A stretch of 64,000 nucleotides of DNA, taken from IMG/VR virus record IMGVR_UViG_3300044591_000896, positions 32,001 through 96,000 of that record; one strand, written 5' to 3'. Below, in pieces: positions 63,490-64,000 of this stretch. This stretch comes from a virus. Within the stretch, counting starts at the first letter, position 1, and each line of letters starts with the position of its first letter. Both the position numbers and the translations under genes were made by a program. The notes under the pieces are model-generated. The model was given only the letters and a program-made list of their open reading frames with translations. It did no database searches and had not been told where the DNA came from.

Positions 63490-63907
63490 TTTGCTGATTC
63501 TCCGACCTTGATAATGTAGTGTTATATCCAACCACATTTCCAAATGGATCAGTAATTGGAGTTGAGCCAACAACCTCAAAAACTGTTGGGGTTTCTGTTG
63601 GAAAATCTATTTCTGTCCAGATTGATTTGTTTTTTGCATCACGAATATTAGTAACCTTTTCTCTGTAGGTTATTCTTTCTGACGTTCTAACCTGGATCAT
63701 TTGCTGGTTTGTGTATTTGTTTCCAAATACCTGTCTATCATTTGTGCTACTTGATGATGAGTTGCTAATGATTCCTTTTGCGTGGCAATCTAATGTTTTA
63801 TAAAAATTCCAAGATTTTAGTATTGCCCCAGTGTTTGGGTCTTGTGAATCAGACTGTCTGTATAGATCCAATCTCATTACCAGTATTGAGTCTATAAGGT
63901 CTAACAT
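63479..63907 (-). CDS. Probable head-closure (stopper) protein
   Basis: Synteny and beta-rich pattern (QDPNTGAI..W...C.A.G...FEVVG..P..DPFG). Confidence 0.65.
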   Translation of the reverse strand: MLDLIDSILVMRLDLYRQSDSQDPNTGAILKSWNFYKTLDCHAKGIISNSSSSSTNDRQVFGNKYTNQQMIQVRTSERITYREKVTNIRDAKNKSIWTEIDFPTETPTVFEVVGSTPITDPFGNVVGYNTTLSRSENQQIGI

Positions 63908-64000
63908 TATATAACAACCATGCTGCTTATGACATATGGGTAGAGTAACTGATCTGCATAGGCATTACCAGTTCCTCTGTAAGCATCTGACGCATATTCA
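63907..64000 (-). CDS. C-terminus of a probable head-tail adaptor (partial)
   Basis: ...EYASDAYRGTGNAYADQLLYPYVISSMVVI*; the TGN..D.LL.PY ending is typical of adaptors. Confidence 0.6.
   Translation of the reverse strand, partial: EYASDAYRGTGNAYADQLLYPYVISSMVVI

Noticed and set aside
1-64000. Stop-codon reassignment or a suppressor tRNA
   Set aside because: Long genes are intact in the standard code, all three stop codons are used, and no CTA, TCA or TTA anticodon was found.

Overview
The window is a 64-kb segment of a large, AT-rich, long-tailed (siphovirus-like) dsDNA phage genome. Every credible gene lies on the minus strand. WhiB, an ahpC-ahpD pair, an MSMEG_6728-family protein, a short-variable-arm tRNA-Leu(TAA) and many leaderless promoters point to an actinobacterial host; low-GC freshwater acI/Nanopelagicales is an inference. 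In transcription order (right to left) the modules are: (1) head-tail joining genes, major tail protein, tail chaperones with a C-CCA-AAC -1 frameshift, a 3759-aa tape measure protein (TMP), tail tip and fibre; (2) replication and recombination (DnaB, primase, two SSBs, DnaE, RecA, Cas4-like nuclease, RuvC); (3) a sugar/methyl-transfer cluster next to the terminase; (4) about 20 kb of accessory genes (tRNAs, AhpC/D, Hsp20, APS kinase fusion with DUF2061 and an LLM monooxygenase, secreted surface proteins, proteases, three 2OG-Fe(II) oxygenases, a sulfotransferase, a glycosyltransferase, many micropeptides). Five tRNAs are present. The most striking observation is that the TMP looks like a polyprotein: about 14 'Phi-x-x-G-G' linker motifs delimit globular inserts, including a HipA/PI3K-like kinase and two ADP-ribosyltransferase-like domains, which suggests injected effectors. 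Other highlights are a ROSE-like RNA thermometer on hsp20, a twice-repeated covarying mini-pseudoknot after two stress genes, and a possible minimal PAPS-synthase/sulfation system. All domain calls come from motif recognition by eye; no searches were run.
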